DNA of 64,000 nt from Octopus sinensis (taxonomy: Eukaryota), in the NCBI RefSeq assembly GCF_006345805.1, contig NC_043007.1:16058001-16122000 (forward strand), written 5' to 3'. The first letter of the stretch is position 1. Each line of letters starts with the position of its first letter. A program made the position numbers and the translations under genes. Below the pieces are notes generated by a model that saw only the letters and a list, made by a program, of their open reading frames with translations, was not told the origin of the DNA and did not search any database. Positions 27,015 to 41,901 of this stretch are shown here, in pieces.

Positions 27015-27240
27015 GAATATTCTTTAATACAGGAAAAGAATGGAAGGACTTGAAAAAGTTTACTATTTCAACACTGCGGGATTTAGGAATGGGCAAGAAA
27101 AAGCTAGAAGAGCATATATATTTGGAAACCCAGAACTTAGCCGATGTTTTTCAATCTCAGAATTGTAAACCGTTTTCTCTCAAAGACCCGCTGGCACATT
27201 TCTCTTTGAGTATTGTATATTATATGATATTTGGTGAAAG
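27015..27240 (+). CDS. Cytochrome P450 copy B, exon 2
   Basis: tcag| GIFFNTGKEWKDLKKFTISTLRDLGMGKK...IFGE AG|gttagt. 226 bp, phases compatible. Confidence 0.95.
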
Positions 27241-27306
27241 GTTAGTAGAAAACAACATAAATAGTATGTATTTAATATGTATGCATTGTATATTAGCATG
27301 TATTCA

Positions 27307-27676
27307 TCTCTCTATATATAAACGGCAGTTTGTCTGTGTGTGTGTCTGTGTGTCTGTCAGGTTGTATCCTCACCCTGACCACGGCTTTCAACCGATTCTG
27401 ATGAAACTTGACACACACATAGCCCAATGTCATAATTCAAAACTAACGAAAAGTTCCCCCAGTTCTGAAAAAAATCGATAAATTCGACATGGGGTCGAGA
27501 ATCAGAAACACAAACCACAGACTGTCTAGGGGACGCAACTCGGCCCTTTTAACTCTCAAAAAAAATTTACCATCATTTTTTTCCCATTTTTTTGCTATTT
27601 TTTGGCTATAACTCTCTAAAAATGCTTTATAGTTATTTCCCTTACAAACCCGAGCAACGCCGGGCGATACTGCTAG
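27307..27676 (+). mobile_element. Non-autonomous Helitron-type element in copy B intron 2
   Basis: A|TC...CTAG|T termini, subterminal hairpin CCCGAGCAACGCCGGG, 5' (CTGT)n-like tract, no TSD. Absent from copy C intron 2. Confidence 0.72.
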
Positions 27677-27681
27677 TATAT

Positions 27682-27730
<49 letters not shown>

Positions 27731-27860
27731 AAATATTTATTTCTTCAAATGAAGGATTAACATCGGAAACAGGACGACATTTCCTCTTTCAACTAAATCT
27801 CTAAGCTAATACCTTAGACAGTGTTATTATTGAGAGCCTCCTCTAATATGTGGCATTTGG

Positions 27861-28074
27861 AAGGCGGTGAGCTGGCAGAAACGTTAGCACGCCGGGCGAA
27901 ATGCGTAGCCGTATTTCGTCTGTCGTTACGTTCTGAGTTCAAATTCCACCGAGGTCGACTTTGCCTTTCAACCTCTCGGGGTCGATAAATTAAGTACCAG
28001 TTACGTACTGGAGACGATCTAATCGACTGACCGCTTCTCCAAAAATTTCAGGCCTTGTACCTAGAGTAGAAACG
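27861..28074 (+). mobile_element. SINE S1 variant (different 3' tail) in copy B intron 2
   Basis: 16-bp TSD AATATGT(G/A)GCATTTGG. Confidence 0.85.
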
Positions 28075-28940
28075 AATATGTAGCATTTGGTGAATAAGGG
28101 AGTTTGCTGTCGCTTCCCTCATTTGCATCTCTTGCCGTGAGATAGGTTCATCTGGGACTCTTGATAGGAAGAGAACCAGTTTTGATTTGAAAGCACCTAC
28201 ATCTACTTTGTGTGTGTGTGTGTGCGCCTGTGTGTTTGTTAGTATGTGTGTCAGTGTGCGTGTACGCATGTGTTTTAAAAATATGAAAGCAATTTCGCCA
28301 CATGAAGAGACAGTAAAGTATGGACAGCACACGTGACAGATAATACATATACAGAGAACGTGATAAATATATAGAAAGTAGGAAAGGCGTAAACGAGAGA
28401 CTGCCTGATGATGACAGATAGAGAATAGATTTATGGACCTAAAAGTTGAGTTATTTCTCGTAGTAAATTACGTTTTTATTATAATCACTTACGGACATCC
28501 TTCTCTTGGCCACACATATTTCGAAATCAAATTCGTTTTTCTCAAGGCCTCACTGCTTCGAGCATTTGGCCATATCAGCATCAAGCAGTGTTTAGGTATA
28601 AATGAATTTTGTTAGTTGAAATATATTTGTGATATATTTCAACTGCTAAGACCAAATTCACTACAGCACGGTAGCTGCTGTGAATTTGCCATTATCATTT
28701 GAAATATGACATAAACATATTTTTACTATCCTAAAGCATAGCCACAGTCTAATGAATCTAATAAGGAAATGATAAAGAATAAATTATACACAAACACACG
28801 CACGCACTCACACACACTCATATATGTATTAACATACAGACACACGTATATGTATGTATAATACATTGTATTATATTATTTTATATCATATGAAATATAT
28901 AATGTTATGTTATATAATGTTATATATTTTGCAATTGAAG

Positions 28941-29067
28941 GATCAGGTTTGGTGAGCCAGAGTTTCAGGAAGTAGTTGATGACTTGAGATTTTTCTTCAA
29001 CAAGCTAAATGCATTTATGCCAGAGAATTTCTTTCCATTCCTGAGATTTGTCCTATGGAATTCTCCC
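28941..29067 (+). CDS. Cytochrome P450 copy B, exon 3
   Basis: aag| (R)IRFGEPEFQEVVDDLRFFF...PFLRFVLWNSP|gtaagt. An in-frame alternative acceptor 6 nt downstream (gatcag|) cannot be excluded. Confidence 0.88.
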
Positions 29068-29452
29068 GTAAGTATAAACACTTCTTATTGAAATTTGAAT
29101 AATATTACATCAAGTTTTAAATCCAGAAAATATAGCTTTGCCAAACTCAAAATTTTATCATTACCTTATTGTGACTGCTCAATGAATTAGGGGAAAATTA
29201 CCAGATCAATATAGTACCAGAATTTGCTTTTCAAGTAATAAAATTAATTTCGTATTTAAACCTTTCCGATGTCGACATTTTTCTCAGTTATGTTGATTTA
29301 CCTTTACATGTTTACACCTCTCCTGGAAGCTAAGTTTCGTCTATGATAATTTAAGTTTACCCAATAATTATTACTAATTTTCCAATGAAACTGGGCCTAC
29401 AATGAAGACAATAGTAACGTTTGCATTTTATAAATACCCACATATATATCTA

Positions 29453-30019
29453 TTGGGTTGTCCGGAAAGTTCGTGCCGATTTATAGTAGCTTAACTTTCG
29501 ACTTATTTTAAAACATGGTTGAGTCCATAAAATAGGATTTCATTACACCTCCATTTAGAGCACAGTTTAAGCTATCTTTTCGTGGAAGAAGGTTTATGTT
29601 CCTATAACCTGTGTTAATTCTGTAACCCTTTAAAATGGAAGATAAGAAAGTTCATTTTCGGCACTTGATGCTTTGGGAACCAGACAAAAATTGTTGCAGC
29701 TCGGCTGGTATGTGTTACGCCACCCTCCATATTCACCAGATATTGCTCCTTCGGATTTCCACTTATTCAGGTCTCTGTAGAATAGTTTTAATGGTAAAAA
29801 TTCCAATTCCTTGGATGACGTAAAAATATACCTTGATGAGTTCTTTGCCATGAAACCACCTGAATTCTTGGAAGAGGGTATTTGCAAGTTAAAGGAAAGC
29901 GGGAGACGCATTATGCAACAAAAAAGGTTCATATTTGGTTGATTAAAAATGTAATGGCAAGTATTTATTGATATTTTTCTTTCCTTTAAAAATCGGCATG
30001 AACTTTCCGGTTAACCCAA
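29453..30019 (+). mobile_element. Internally deleted mariner element in copy B intron 3
   Basis: ~30-bp TIRs (TTGGGTTGTCCGGAAAGTTCGTGCCGATTT) with TA TSD. MEDKKVHFRHLMLWE N-terminus fused to the PDIAPSDFHLFRSL C-terminus. Empty site in copy C. Confidence 0.9.
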
Positions 30020-30307
30020 TATATAATTCATAATACTTATATACTTCAACAAAACAATTTATTTAGCAAAATATCTTAATCATAAAGAGTTGAGATGTGG
30101 CATAAGAAAATCGTGGATATAATTTGTGTTAATTAATGAGTATAGCTGATTGATTTGGCTTAGCATAACGATTATATTTATTTTGTTGACTACAAAAGCA
30201 GGAAATTCAAATCCAGCGTAGAACGTTGATGAATGTAGATGAAAACAAAATACTATAAAACATTTAGTTGGATACATAGGCCAATGATGCTAATTTTTTC
30301 ACTATAG

Positions 30308-30464
30308 TTTGAACAAATTGTCAAGACGAACCACAAGATCCGAAGCTATGTAAAAGAGAAAATCAGCGAACATAAGGAAACATACAATGGTGACGATATA
30401 AGAGATTTCGTTGACGTATACTTACTCACATTAGAGAAGGAACCAAACAGCGAATCTTTATCTG
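30308..30464 (+). CDS. Cytochrome P450 copy B, exon 4
   Basis: tatag| FEQIVKTNHKIRSYVKEKISEHK...RDFVDVYL...SESLS G|gtgagt. Confidence 0.93.
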
Positions 30465-30787
30465 GTGAGTTACATGAACTGTTATGTTTCTCTTGTTTCT
30501 TTCAAGATATTACATATAAGTTTTGAAAATAGAATTTGTTTCATACAAAAAGCGAAAGAGAATATTACATAAGTATTATAAAACAAACGTTATAAGGAAG
30601 ATGCAATAAATTATTACTGAAAGAATGTATCATGATTAAGTTTATTTTATGGAAAGTATAAACAGACATTTTTTTTTTCCTTCTGCATTTATCTACACAC
30701 AGACAGACATCCACATATATCCATTCATTCATAGATACATTTTTACGTACGAACATACATAATACACACTCACATATGTATATATAT

Positions 30788-30845
<58 letters not shown>

Positions 30846-31447
30846 TTTTAGCTGTCAAACACCAGCAAAAAGTTTTCCAATGCTCAATGGCGATTTTATT
30901 GTATGATTTCGTTTCTCTGATTTTCTCTAATGTTCCTTTTACCAGTGATTAGCATGCATGGGTAAAAGCCGTAAGACATAACATATTTTTAAAAATATAA
31001 GTGCGTATGAAATATTTTTGTACACAAAGAGGAGACCATTGATAGGACTCCTTGCATGTTAGAAAGGAGAAAGTTAATTTGAAGACTGCAGATCCGATCC
31101 ATCACTGGAACAGTAAAAATCTGTAATACTTTACAGAAGTTTATCATTTAAATATATACGAGCATGTCTAGATATGTAACTATATGCATGAGAAGACATA
31201 CATAAAGCATGCAAATGTGCACATACATACATACATACATACATACAAACAAACAAAAATACCCTGTTGTTGATGTTGAAATTCCAATGAAAGAACCTTG
31301 GATCTAGGTTAGAAACTGGTTCTTTCTCTATTGACAAGAAATCTTGAAATAAACGGAATAATGACATACATACATATATTTTATATTGTTTCGGTTTACA
31401 CAGTTATTAAAGTTGTTTAATTTTAATTATTTTTTCTACTGTTGCAG

Positions 31448-31584
31448 AAGAGAATGTTTTCCAGGCGATTATGGATCTTTTTACGGCTGGAACAGACACA
31501 ACATCTAGCGTTCTTAACTGGGTTTTTATATATATGGCCAAATATCCTGATATACAGGACAAATGTCGAGCAGAAATCGAGAAG
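31448..31584 (+). CDS. Cytochrome P450 copy B, exon 5 (I-helix)
   Basis: gcag| EENVFQAIMDLFTAGTDTTSSVLNW...YPDIQDKCRAEIEK|gta. AGxDTT motif. Confidence 0.95.
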
Positions 31585-31916
31585 GTAAAATATCAGATTC
31601 TTTCATTTATATGTCTAATTTATTTTTATTTTTATAAAAAGTATTTCAATCTGTGCTATCAGATTGCCTAGAATCTTAAGACGTACGTCGTTTCGTGATT
31701 GTAATACTTGGTTCTGAATTTTAGTCGTACCAAAGACCATTAATAAAGATTAACGCCAAATCCAACTTCTGGATACTTAATCAATTATCATAATCTCAGT
31801 AACACTGCGGAGTTCCTACAGCAGATCCTAATTTAGCAGTCTTAGTAAGAGATTTTTTCAAGGTCCGAGAGTTTCTTTTTTGCGTGGGAACTTACCTGCG
31901 GATGACACCACGTAGC

Positions 31917-31958
<42 letters not shown>

Positions 31959-31995
31959 ATATCTATCTATATATATATATATATATAATATATAT

Positions 31996-32026
<31 letters not shown>

Positions 32027-32045
32027 CTATATATATATATATCTA

Positions 32046-32186
<141 letters not shown>

Positions 32187-32331
32187 ATATATATCTGTAA
32201 ATGTAACATGTGACAATTATTCGGTAGCCATGATAATTGTCACATACATAAATGTATTACATTTACAGATAAATTCCTCTATTTACATAATATCGAGGTC
32301 TCTCATTCTTTTGTTGTCTTACCAGTTTTCT

Positions 32332-32378
<47 letters not shown>

Positions 32379-32492
32379 ATATATATACATATACATAGCA
32401 GAAGTAACAGAGTGACTCGAGGTCCGAGAGTTTCGTGAGTTTACCCTTGATATGTGCCAACGACGACACTCAACCTTAACTTTTAATATTGC

Positions 32493-32525
<33 letters not shown>

Positions 32526-32682
32526 ATTTACCCACTTACTTCTCCAAAATATTACTTAAAATGCTTAATATTAATAAAAGTACACATATACGCATATTTT
32601 TTCTTTTTGCACCAATATACCTATATACATATACATACATACATACATGCAAACAAACATATATACATACACACTCACACAA

Positions 32683-32718
<36 letters not shown>

Positions 32719-33194
32719 GTATATACGTAGACATATATGTACATACATACATACACACACATGTATATATGCAAACAAAATGATACACATTTGCATCCAT
32801 AAGTCGTTGCGTCAGATTCAAACATAAAAATGCTAAACGCTGTCGTATTTCGCCGGCTGAGAACAATTCATTTCATAAATAAGACCCAGTTTTTTTGACG
32901 AGATCATCGATTTAGAGCTAACTTCGACAGAAGAGACGCAACCAAGCAGAAACTTTGCAGGGTCTCAATTTCCCATTTCCATCATGAATAGAGCACATTG
33001 TGGACACACATTCCTTTGGAAGGATGTATTCTACGAATCAGAAATACAACTGTGATTAGCATATTCAGTTCGTATAAAGAATGAATGGATTATATACACA
33101 CGAAGGCACACGCACACACGCACAAACAAACGCACACACACACAATTAGAGTATCAAAATATAGATATTCATTGTAACGAATTGTTAATTCCAG

Positions 33195-33291
33195 ATCACC
33201 GATCTGAATAGACCAGTCACAATGGAAGACAAACGAAACATGACATACGTTGCAGCGACTCTACTTGAAGTCCAGAGAATGGCTCCTGTTG
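33195..33291 (+). CDS. Cytochrome P450 copy B, exon 6 (K-helix)
   Basis: ccag| ITDLNRPVTMEDKRNMTYVAATLLEVQRMAPV G|gtaag. ExxR motif. Not in the ORF track. Confidence 0.93.
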
Positions 33292-33414
33292 GTAAGCAAG
33301 CAGTGACATAACTTTTATTGCTAAAGAGAAGCTATTCCACGCGCCATATTTTCTACAATTTGTCCAATAACGAAATGATTTTAGTACAAAAGAGAGAAGA
33401 AAATGAATCATCGC

Positions 33415-34558
33415 ACACGGGCTCTAGATGGGATGTTGATATAACTATGAAGTTGACCGAAGAACCCTGAAATGTGAGTTTGCTAATATTATGTCCCCCA
33501 AATGATTCTATAAACTACGAAACAAATGGTAGTCTGAAGGAGCAAGGTCGGGAGAATAAGGTGGATGAGAAATTTTCTTCCAACCAAGCTCTTCGATCTT
33601 CTGTGATGTGATCTTTGCAGTGTGGGGTCGTGCATTTTCCTGATAAAACATCACTCCTTTTCTATTCAATAAAGCGGGTCCTTTTTTTCAAAGCTGGGTT
33701 CAAACGCTCTAATTGCTGACAGTAGACTTAAGCATTGATTGTTGCATTAGGTGGTAACAATTCAAAGTGAATTACTCCTTTGCAATCTCACCAGATAGAG
33801 AGAAGAACCGTTTTCCCATGAAGTTCCCTTCTCGTTTGTGGTTGAGCTTCTTCCCTTTTACCAAGCCACTGTTTACGACGTTTAACATTTCGATAGAAGA
33901 TCCATTTTCGTCATCAGTCACAAGTCTATCCAAAAAGGGTGAAATGAGTTCGCGAGAATGGAGAATGGAGAGAAGAGCAGATGTTAACCCGGGATTTGAG
34001 GTTGCTTTCGGACAATTCATGGGTCACCCATTTTCCAAGTTAGGAACCTTTCCAAGTTGCTGAAGATGACGATGAATAGATGTATGGTTCGAACTACGCT
34101 TTATTGCCAATTCTTCAACTGATAATGCAGGATTTTCTTCAAGTACTTCCTCAAGGAGCTTATCATCAAACTCAACTGGATGTCCTGTTCGATCTTCATC
34201 TTCAATGCTGAAATCTCCATTTCTGAGCTTTGCAAGCCATCTTCTGCGAGTTCTTTCATTCAAGCATTCTTTCCTATAAACTGAGTGTATGTTTTGAGTC
34301 GCTTCGGTTGCAGAGTTTCCTCTTTTGTACTCATAAAGCATTATGTGTCTTAAATGTTCTTTGGATACTTCCATGTTAGAAAGGGTTTTAATCAAAGAAA
34401 TTTTAATTCTATTATTCTGTAAAATAATATTTGATTAGTTTAAATGTACACAAATGCATAAAAATAATTTTTAATTCCATTAGATATTCTAAAATACTAT
34501 TAAATTTCATTCAATTTTAAAAAAGGTAAAATCGGAGAGAGCCTATGGGATGACCTGA
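33415..34558 (-). mobile_element. Frameshifted mariner transposase element in copy B intron 6
   Basis: MEVSKEHLRHIMLYEYKRG..., VTDDE and HPPYSPDLAPSDYHLF motifs. 5' TIR plus TA at 34528-34560. Confidence 0.88.
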
Positions 34559-35419
34559 TACTATTGTCATAGAAAAGTACGTTTGGTGATGTAACATCGT
34601 CGTGTCACGTTATGAGTTTATGTTGCCGTAAACCTGGGTTTCATATTGGGAAGCTGACCAAAATATATAGGTCTTTGCAGTCATTTTCGTACGTTTGTCA
34701 TTCAATTTGATAATCGTGTCATTCAAAGTCAAGAAAAAAATTATCGCCATGAAGTCAACCATTCAAATTCTTTTTTCGATCATTCAAATTCGCTCTACTG
34801 TTAAAGAATTTAGCATTTATATCATTCAAATTAAAATGCTCATCGAAAGCATTCAAATTTGTCGGAATGCGAGGAAACGTTTTGTTTCGAGCATTCAAAT
34901 TCCTTTCAGAGCAATCTGTTTAACCCTTCGAGCAATCAAATTAGCACCATAGCTGTTTTTGATTTTATCTCATGATAATTGTCATCATAATCATATGTTT
35001 TCATCCGTTGTTTACGCTTTAAGCACTCTATCGTGCCCATGTCTTTTCTATGTATTCTTTTGTTTTTGCATAGGTACATGTGTTTATTGTTAAAGACTTC
35101 ATGAAATTGCATTCCAGCCTTTTCAATCTTTTAAAGAAACTCACTATTACCACAAATGCTCGTTTCCTTTGATTTTGAATATATTAGGTAGTGATATATG
35201 TTCTTCCTTCGCATAATATGTACTGTTGGGAAATGTATCTATTTCTTTGATTTTGCATTTTTCTCTCACTGAGGAAAGGGTGCTATGTACACTAAGATTG
35301 TTATTGATTTACAGTCTTGTTAAGGAGAGTTAATTTGAGAGGACTTAGACGTCTATTTCCTGGCAGTTGAGGTATCTCGGGAGGTAGGTCTGCGTATGTC
35401 TATACCAACGAACACATTT

Positions 35420-35950
35420 TTTGTGGAGTGATAGCGTCGATATTTCGCCTTGCGACCTGTTGTATGACATGTGCACGCCATTCTTCGATGGTCATGTCGG
35501 CTTCTTCTGCAGCTGCCCAGTCGCCAACCCTATGCTGCAACTCAGCTCAAGTGAGGTCTTGCTTGAGAGCCGCCTTAAAGGCAGAATGCGCCATTTCCGC
35601 ACAATTAAGAAACGGTGAGTAGGGAGGCATGAGTTTCAGACTGATTTGTGGGTCGACGTCAGCTGGAATTCGGCAACGAATGCGTGGCCACGTATTGTCG
35701 TAGATCAAGTAGACAGATTCATTCGCTGGGAACATGTCAGTACATGTTCGAGCTGTTCCCGCCAAGAACCCTTCGAAAGAGTTTCGTGTAACGGTATCGT
35801 TCCCAATGGAGTGGTGAACGAGGCCGATTTTTCCCGACACCGTTTAGTCCAAATGTTGCACCCATTTTGTTCAATGAATACGCAATGACTGACGACTCCC
35901 TCTTCAATGAACCATTGCACGTATTCATAACGCTTTCCTGGTGTTCTTGG
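35420..35950 (-). mobile_element. Tc1/IS630-type transposase remnant
   Basis: LIYDN...MPPYSPFLNCAE DDE-domain motif. Confidence 0.6.
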
Positions 35951-36140
35951 GGGCATTTCTTCGCTTTGAAACCAAAAGAGTTTTACATTCATGGGATTAA
36001 AATGCTTGTAAATAGATGGAAGGCAGTCATAGATAATCAGGGAAAGTACATTGATGATTAAATTTCAATTAAAAATATAACATTTGATCAATTGTTTTCT
36101 TTATTCACAAGTCGGACAGAACTTATGTGATGAGCTGATA
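35950..36140 (+). mobile_element. Mariner 3' end fragment with TIR
   Basis: FFALKPKEFYIHGIKMLVNRWKAVIDNQGKYIDD* then a TIR ending GATGAGCTGA|TA. Confidence 0.75.
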
Positions 36141-36206
36141 AAACAGCCTATTTCAAATTACCATTTATCTCAACATTGTTAATATTTAGAAAATTTCTTT
36201 TCACAG

Positions 36207-36413
36207 CTCCACTCACTGCTCCACATGCCTCTACGGTAGACACAAAACTAGGAGGTTATGATATTCCAAAACATACCATTGTTCAATTCAATATAATGGA
36301 TGCTCATTATGATCCGAACTATTGGGATAAACCAGAGGAATTCCGACCTGAAAGATGGATTGATGAAAATAATGAGTTAAAGAAAAATGAGGCTTACATG
36401 CCTTTCTCTTTGG
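36207..36413 (+). CDS. Cytochrome P450 copy B, exon 7
   Basis: cacag| APLTAPHAST...FRPERW...PFSL G|gtaag. Confidence 0.95.
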
Positions 36414-36970
36414 GTAAGTATTGCAAATAGATTTTAATGATAGGGCACGCCTATTCAGGAGGGAAGACAATAACATTATCTTGTTACTGATGGTGACTTC
36501 TTTTTTTAATAATCGCAATGTGTCATTTGGAGATTGAGGTATCCTGTTTAAGGATCACACGTGGTCGGTTTGCTAGGTCATAGCTAAAACCTTATGTGTT
36601 AGCTTACATCCTCCTGCTTCGAATCGTTCTTCGTGGCAGTCATCACTTCAGGGTCAATAAAATAGCAATAGTCTACTGCTTCTTATTAATTCTTTATACT
36701 TTCTTACGAAAGTTTGGTCTTTTGCTCACTTAAGATTTATCATCCTTTTATTAGCAAAATTTTGCCTCTTTATGTTATCTTCATTATTGATAAAAGTTCT
36801 TTTAAAATTTAATTCAGGAAATATTTTATTCTCTGAAATATTACAAGAGCTATGATATTTAAATTTATTCGTCGTATAATAGAAATTTAATATTTTATCA
36901 AAATGCAAACTTTATTATATTCTATCATTTAATTATGCTATTTATTTTATATCGTCTATTTTATTTGTAG

Positions 36971-37149
36971 GTCCCAGAATATGTGCAGGAATATCACTAG
37001 CCAATATTGAAACTTTCATGGCTTTTTCAAATATCTTACAAAGATTTAAGCTGGAAAGTCCTGACGAAACACCAATGACAATGGAAGGCAAACAATCGGG
37101 AATTATTTACGTTCCAGTGAATGATAATATCCGTGCAATTCCACTGTGA
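36971..37149 (+). CDS. Cytochrome P450 copy B, exon 8 (heme Cys, stop)
   Basis: gtag| (G)PRICAGISLANIETF...NIRAIPL-TGA. The eight exons sum to 1500 bp with no stop or frameshift. Confidence 0.95.
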
Positions 37150-37419
37150 GATATATTTGTATTATATATTTGAGGACAACACTTCACAGTACACTGGCTG
37201 TACAGTTGAAAGTATATCACTTTGATGTACAAAGGTATCAAATTCTTATAGAATGCTGTTATTTTTTAAATGGTATTTAACGAAATTACATAAATTTCTA
37301 TTCATTAGTGGTATTACATTGACCTACATGCTACAATACATAACATGTGTGCAGTAGTATCTACTCATAAACTTCATAAAATTACAAGTCATGTGATAGT
37401 TGCAATGTTTAATTTAATC

Positions 37420-37425
37420 AATAAA
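37420..37425 (+). terminator. Candidate polyadenylation signal of copy B
   Basis: AATAAA ~270 bp after the stop codon, followed by T-rich sequence. Positional inference only. Confidence 0.45.
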
Positions 37426-38449
37426 GCTCCAGTATTTTATTATTTTCTTTGAGTCACAATTTTCTATATTAACCAAATTCAGACTGAAATGCACACCAAA
37501 AGCTGTCTATTCTGTTATTTTTGAGAAAGGTTCAGCAACATGGGACTGGTATGTGCTGCCTTGGGGATCCTACTGGAACGAGAATGACGTTCCTTATAAG
37601 TATTTCCTTTACCAAAATCTGTCAACATAAAAACCAAAACTATCTCTGTTTCTACTTTAGCTAATACAGTTATAGACCTTCCTGGGTCTGTGACTGTTTT
37701 ATCTACCTTCAGTTTCTAGTAGACGTGGCACAAAAAGGTTTCAGTGAATTGCAAAATTATCAGGTATTATAGAACCGAGTGAAGCTTCTTTGATGCTCGG
37801 TGATTGTCTGGAGCGAACGTACGATGACAGCGAACGTGCTCTGGAGATCATGGAGAGAATGTTGCAAGATTTGCCTGACAGCAAATACTGAAAGATGAAG
37901 CAGAATTGCAGTGGTTTTTTTTTTCATGTGTCCTGTGTCGAACCCTGTCGCTAATTCCCAATTAACAAAACACGATGAAACCCATGCTGCCTTAAATCAC
38001 CATTGCTTTGGACAAAATTTATAACAGTTTGCAAATATAGATTCTATACATTCAGAGATCACTTGTCATGTCTGTGAGTAAGAAAATGTTACAAGTAAGA
38101 GAGAGATTCCTTCCGGCTGTTAAGGAATCGTGGACAAACGCCCATAAGGATAGTGTTTAAGATAGTAGGTGAATAGATGTCTTTCCAGCTTTCGACATCA
38201 TTATCTCAACACACCTGTGCGTCTGTGCCGTGAGCTAAACATTCGCAACTGGTCGCCATGGCAGGCAATGTCAAAAATAGTCATGGCTACAAAACAATTC
38301 TTCAATCAAGAAGAATAGTTCGCTTTCCTGCTGAAAAATGTCCTTACCGAAAACTCCAGTTAAAAAGAAAACTATCAGGCTCCGCAGTAATGCCGCTTCT
38401 CGGTTTAGTCACGGTTATGCATGTATGTGTATGTAAAGGTATATATATG

Positions 38450-38505
38450 TATGTAAATATATATGCATGTATGTATGTATGTATGTATGTATGTATGTAT
38501 GTATG

Positions 38506-38536
<31 letters not shown>

Positions 38537-38670
38537 TTATGTATGTATGTATGTATGTATGTATGTATGCATGCATGTATGTATGTATGTATGTATGTAT
38601 GTATGTATGTATGTATGTATATATGGATGGATAGATGGATGTATGTATGTATATATGGATGGATGGATGG
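38450..38670. repeat. (ATGT)n/(ATGG)n microsatellite
   Basis: Direct inspection. Confidence 0.95.
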
Positions 38671-38931
38671 ATGGATGCATATGTCCACACACGAAGTGTG
38701 TGTGTGGCTCTATACTGTGCGTGTGTATATAGTCTGCTTTTATCGTGTTGTGTGCTTGTGCATTGCGTGCGATTTTATGATTGAATGTTGTGTGTCGTGT
38801 GGAAATGTATGGAAGTGAAAAGTGTGTGGTGAGTGGGAATGTGTGTGTGATTGTGAATACACACAAACACACACTTATATATATATATATATACATATAT
38901 ACACATATACATGTGTGTGTGTGTGCGTGTG

Positions 38932-38986
<55 letters not shown>

Positions 38987-39541
38987 CACTAAAGTGAACA
39001 AGGCGAATAATTAGCACCAATATTGCTGGAAATAGTAGTGAAAACAACTCAATAGTCACAAAAAGTAATATCATAATGAGCTGATAAGGAAGGAAAGCCC
39101 CCTACGGTCGCAGATTAAGCTAGATCATCGATAATTTTACATTTTAGTCCTTACGCACATTAATGCTCATCAGTGACTCTCACCGCGCCTAGGTTTAAAC
39201 ACATCTCACCCTGTCAGCTCATAAGATTTCCGTTGAAATCAAATATTGATTCCATAAACGGTAGTGTGAGAATAATAAATAATATGGCTGGCTTAAAATC
39301 TAAAGGGAGAAATATATACGTCACTTAAGTGAACAAGCACACCAATCAGCACCAGTATTGCTAGAAATAAGAGTCAAAATAAGTCAAAAGCCACAAGAAG
39401 CACTACTTTAATGAGCTGACAAGGGAGACAAACCTCCTACGGTCATATTTTTAGCAACAATAGTGATGATTAGTGCCCTTGTTCACTCTAGTGACATGTG
39501 TCTGCCTTTAGGTTGTAAAATTGCGACTTAGCCACCTATAT

Positions 39542-39602
<61 letters not shown>

Positions 39603-39767
39603 TATAATAATAATAATAATAATAATAGTAATAATAATAACATGATGGAATATAATTCCAAACATTCATGGAAAAATTCAATTTAGAAATGCTAAATCAT
39701 ATTTCACAATTCTAAGTGGTGCAATTTAATTTTTCATTATTGAATTGATAAAAGGTGTTTCATATAT

Positions 39768-41172
<1,405 letters not shown>

Positions 41173-41325
41173 CCAATTAAGGACTGAACACGAAAAGTGG
41201 ACAGTCAACATGCTAGATATAGACGTCAAATCGCCATTCACCACAAAAGATTATGTTCTCAGATCAAACTCAGCACAAAATCATAGCAATAAACAAGTGA
41301 AAAATATACGAAATAAAATAATTAC

Positions 41326-41389
41326 CCATGTACTAATTAGTTTCGACTGTTATTTTCCGCAAGGAAAACTGCAGCCATCATCAGCATGG
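41326..41389 (-). ncRNA. Type I hammerhead ribozyme (repeat unit 1)
   Basis: Minus strand reads CCAUG-CUGAUGA-U-GGCUG..CAGUC-GAAA-CUAAUUAGUA^CAUGG: stem I 5 bp, extended stem II, palindromic stem III (ACUAAUUAGU), GUA cleavage triplet. Confidence 0.85.
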
Positions 41390-41837
41390 TCCGTTATAAA
41401 TGCAATTTGCTGGACTAGATGCAAACACGATACCGAAATATCGCGTGCATGGAGTTCAGCCTATTACATTTGAATATATCTTTCAAATGCCTTTACTTTG
41501 GCGCGTTGAGGCCCGAGAAAACTAGCCTGCAGCTAATAATTAGCAGCAGTCAATTTATCGGTTAGAGAACATATTTATTTATATAAAATTAATTAAGGGT
41601 AGAAATTGATATTTATCAATTAAGACCAGTGGTCTAGCATATTAAAAAAAAAAAAGAAACCGAAGATTAAAATATTTATATATACCAATTAAGGACTGAA
41701 CACGAAAAGTGGACAGTCAACATGCTAGATATAGACGTCAAATCGCCATTCACCACAAAAGATTATGTTCTCAGATCAAACTCAGCACAAAACCATAGCA
41801 ATAAACAAGTGAAAAATATACGAAATAAAATAATTAC

Positions 41838-41901
41838 CCCTGTACTAATTAGTTTCGACTGTTATTTTCCGCAAGGATAACTGCAGCCATCATCAGCATG
41901 G
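41838..41901 (-). ncRNA. Type I hammerhead ribozyme (repeat unit 2, one stem I mismatch)
   Basis: Same motif. The 3' stem I strand reads CAGGG instead of CAUGG, and there is one change in the distal stem II. Confidence 0.75.

Noticed and set aside
27395-27410. CTGATGAAAC within the Helitron-type element, and CTGACGAAAC in P450 terminal exons
   Set aside because: No flanking helices. In the exons it simply encodes PDET.
39010-39450. Old ~105-bp direct duplication (39010-39115 / 39345-39450)
   Set aside because: Highly diverged, with no structure or coding signal to interpret.
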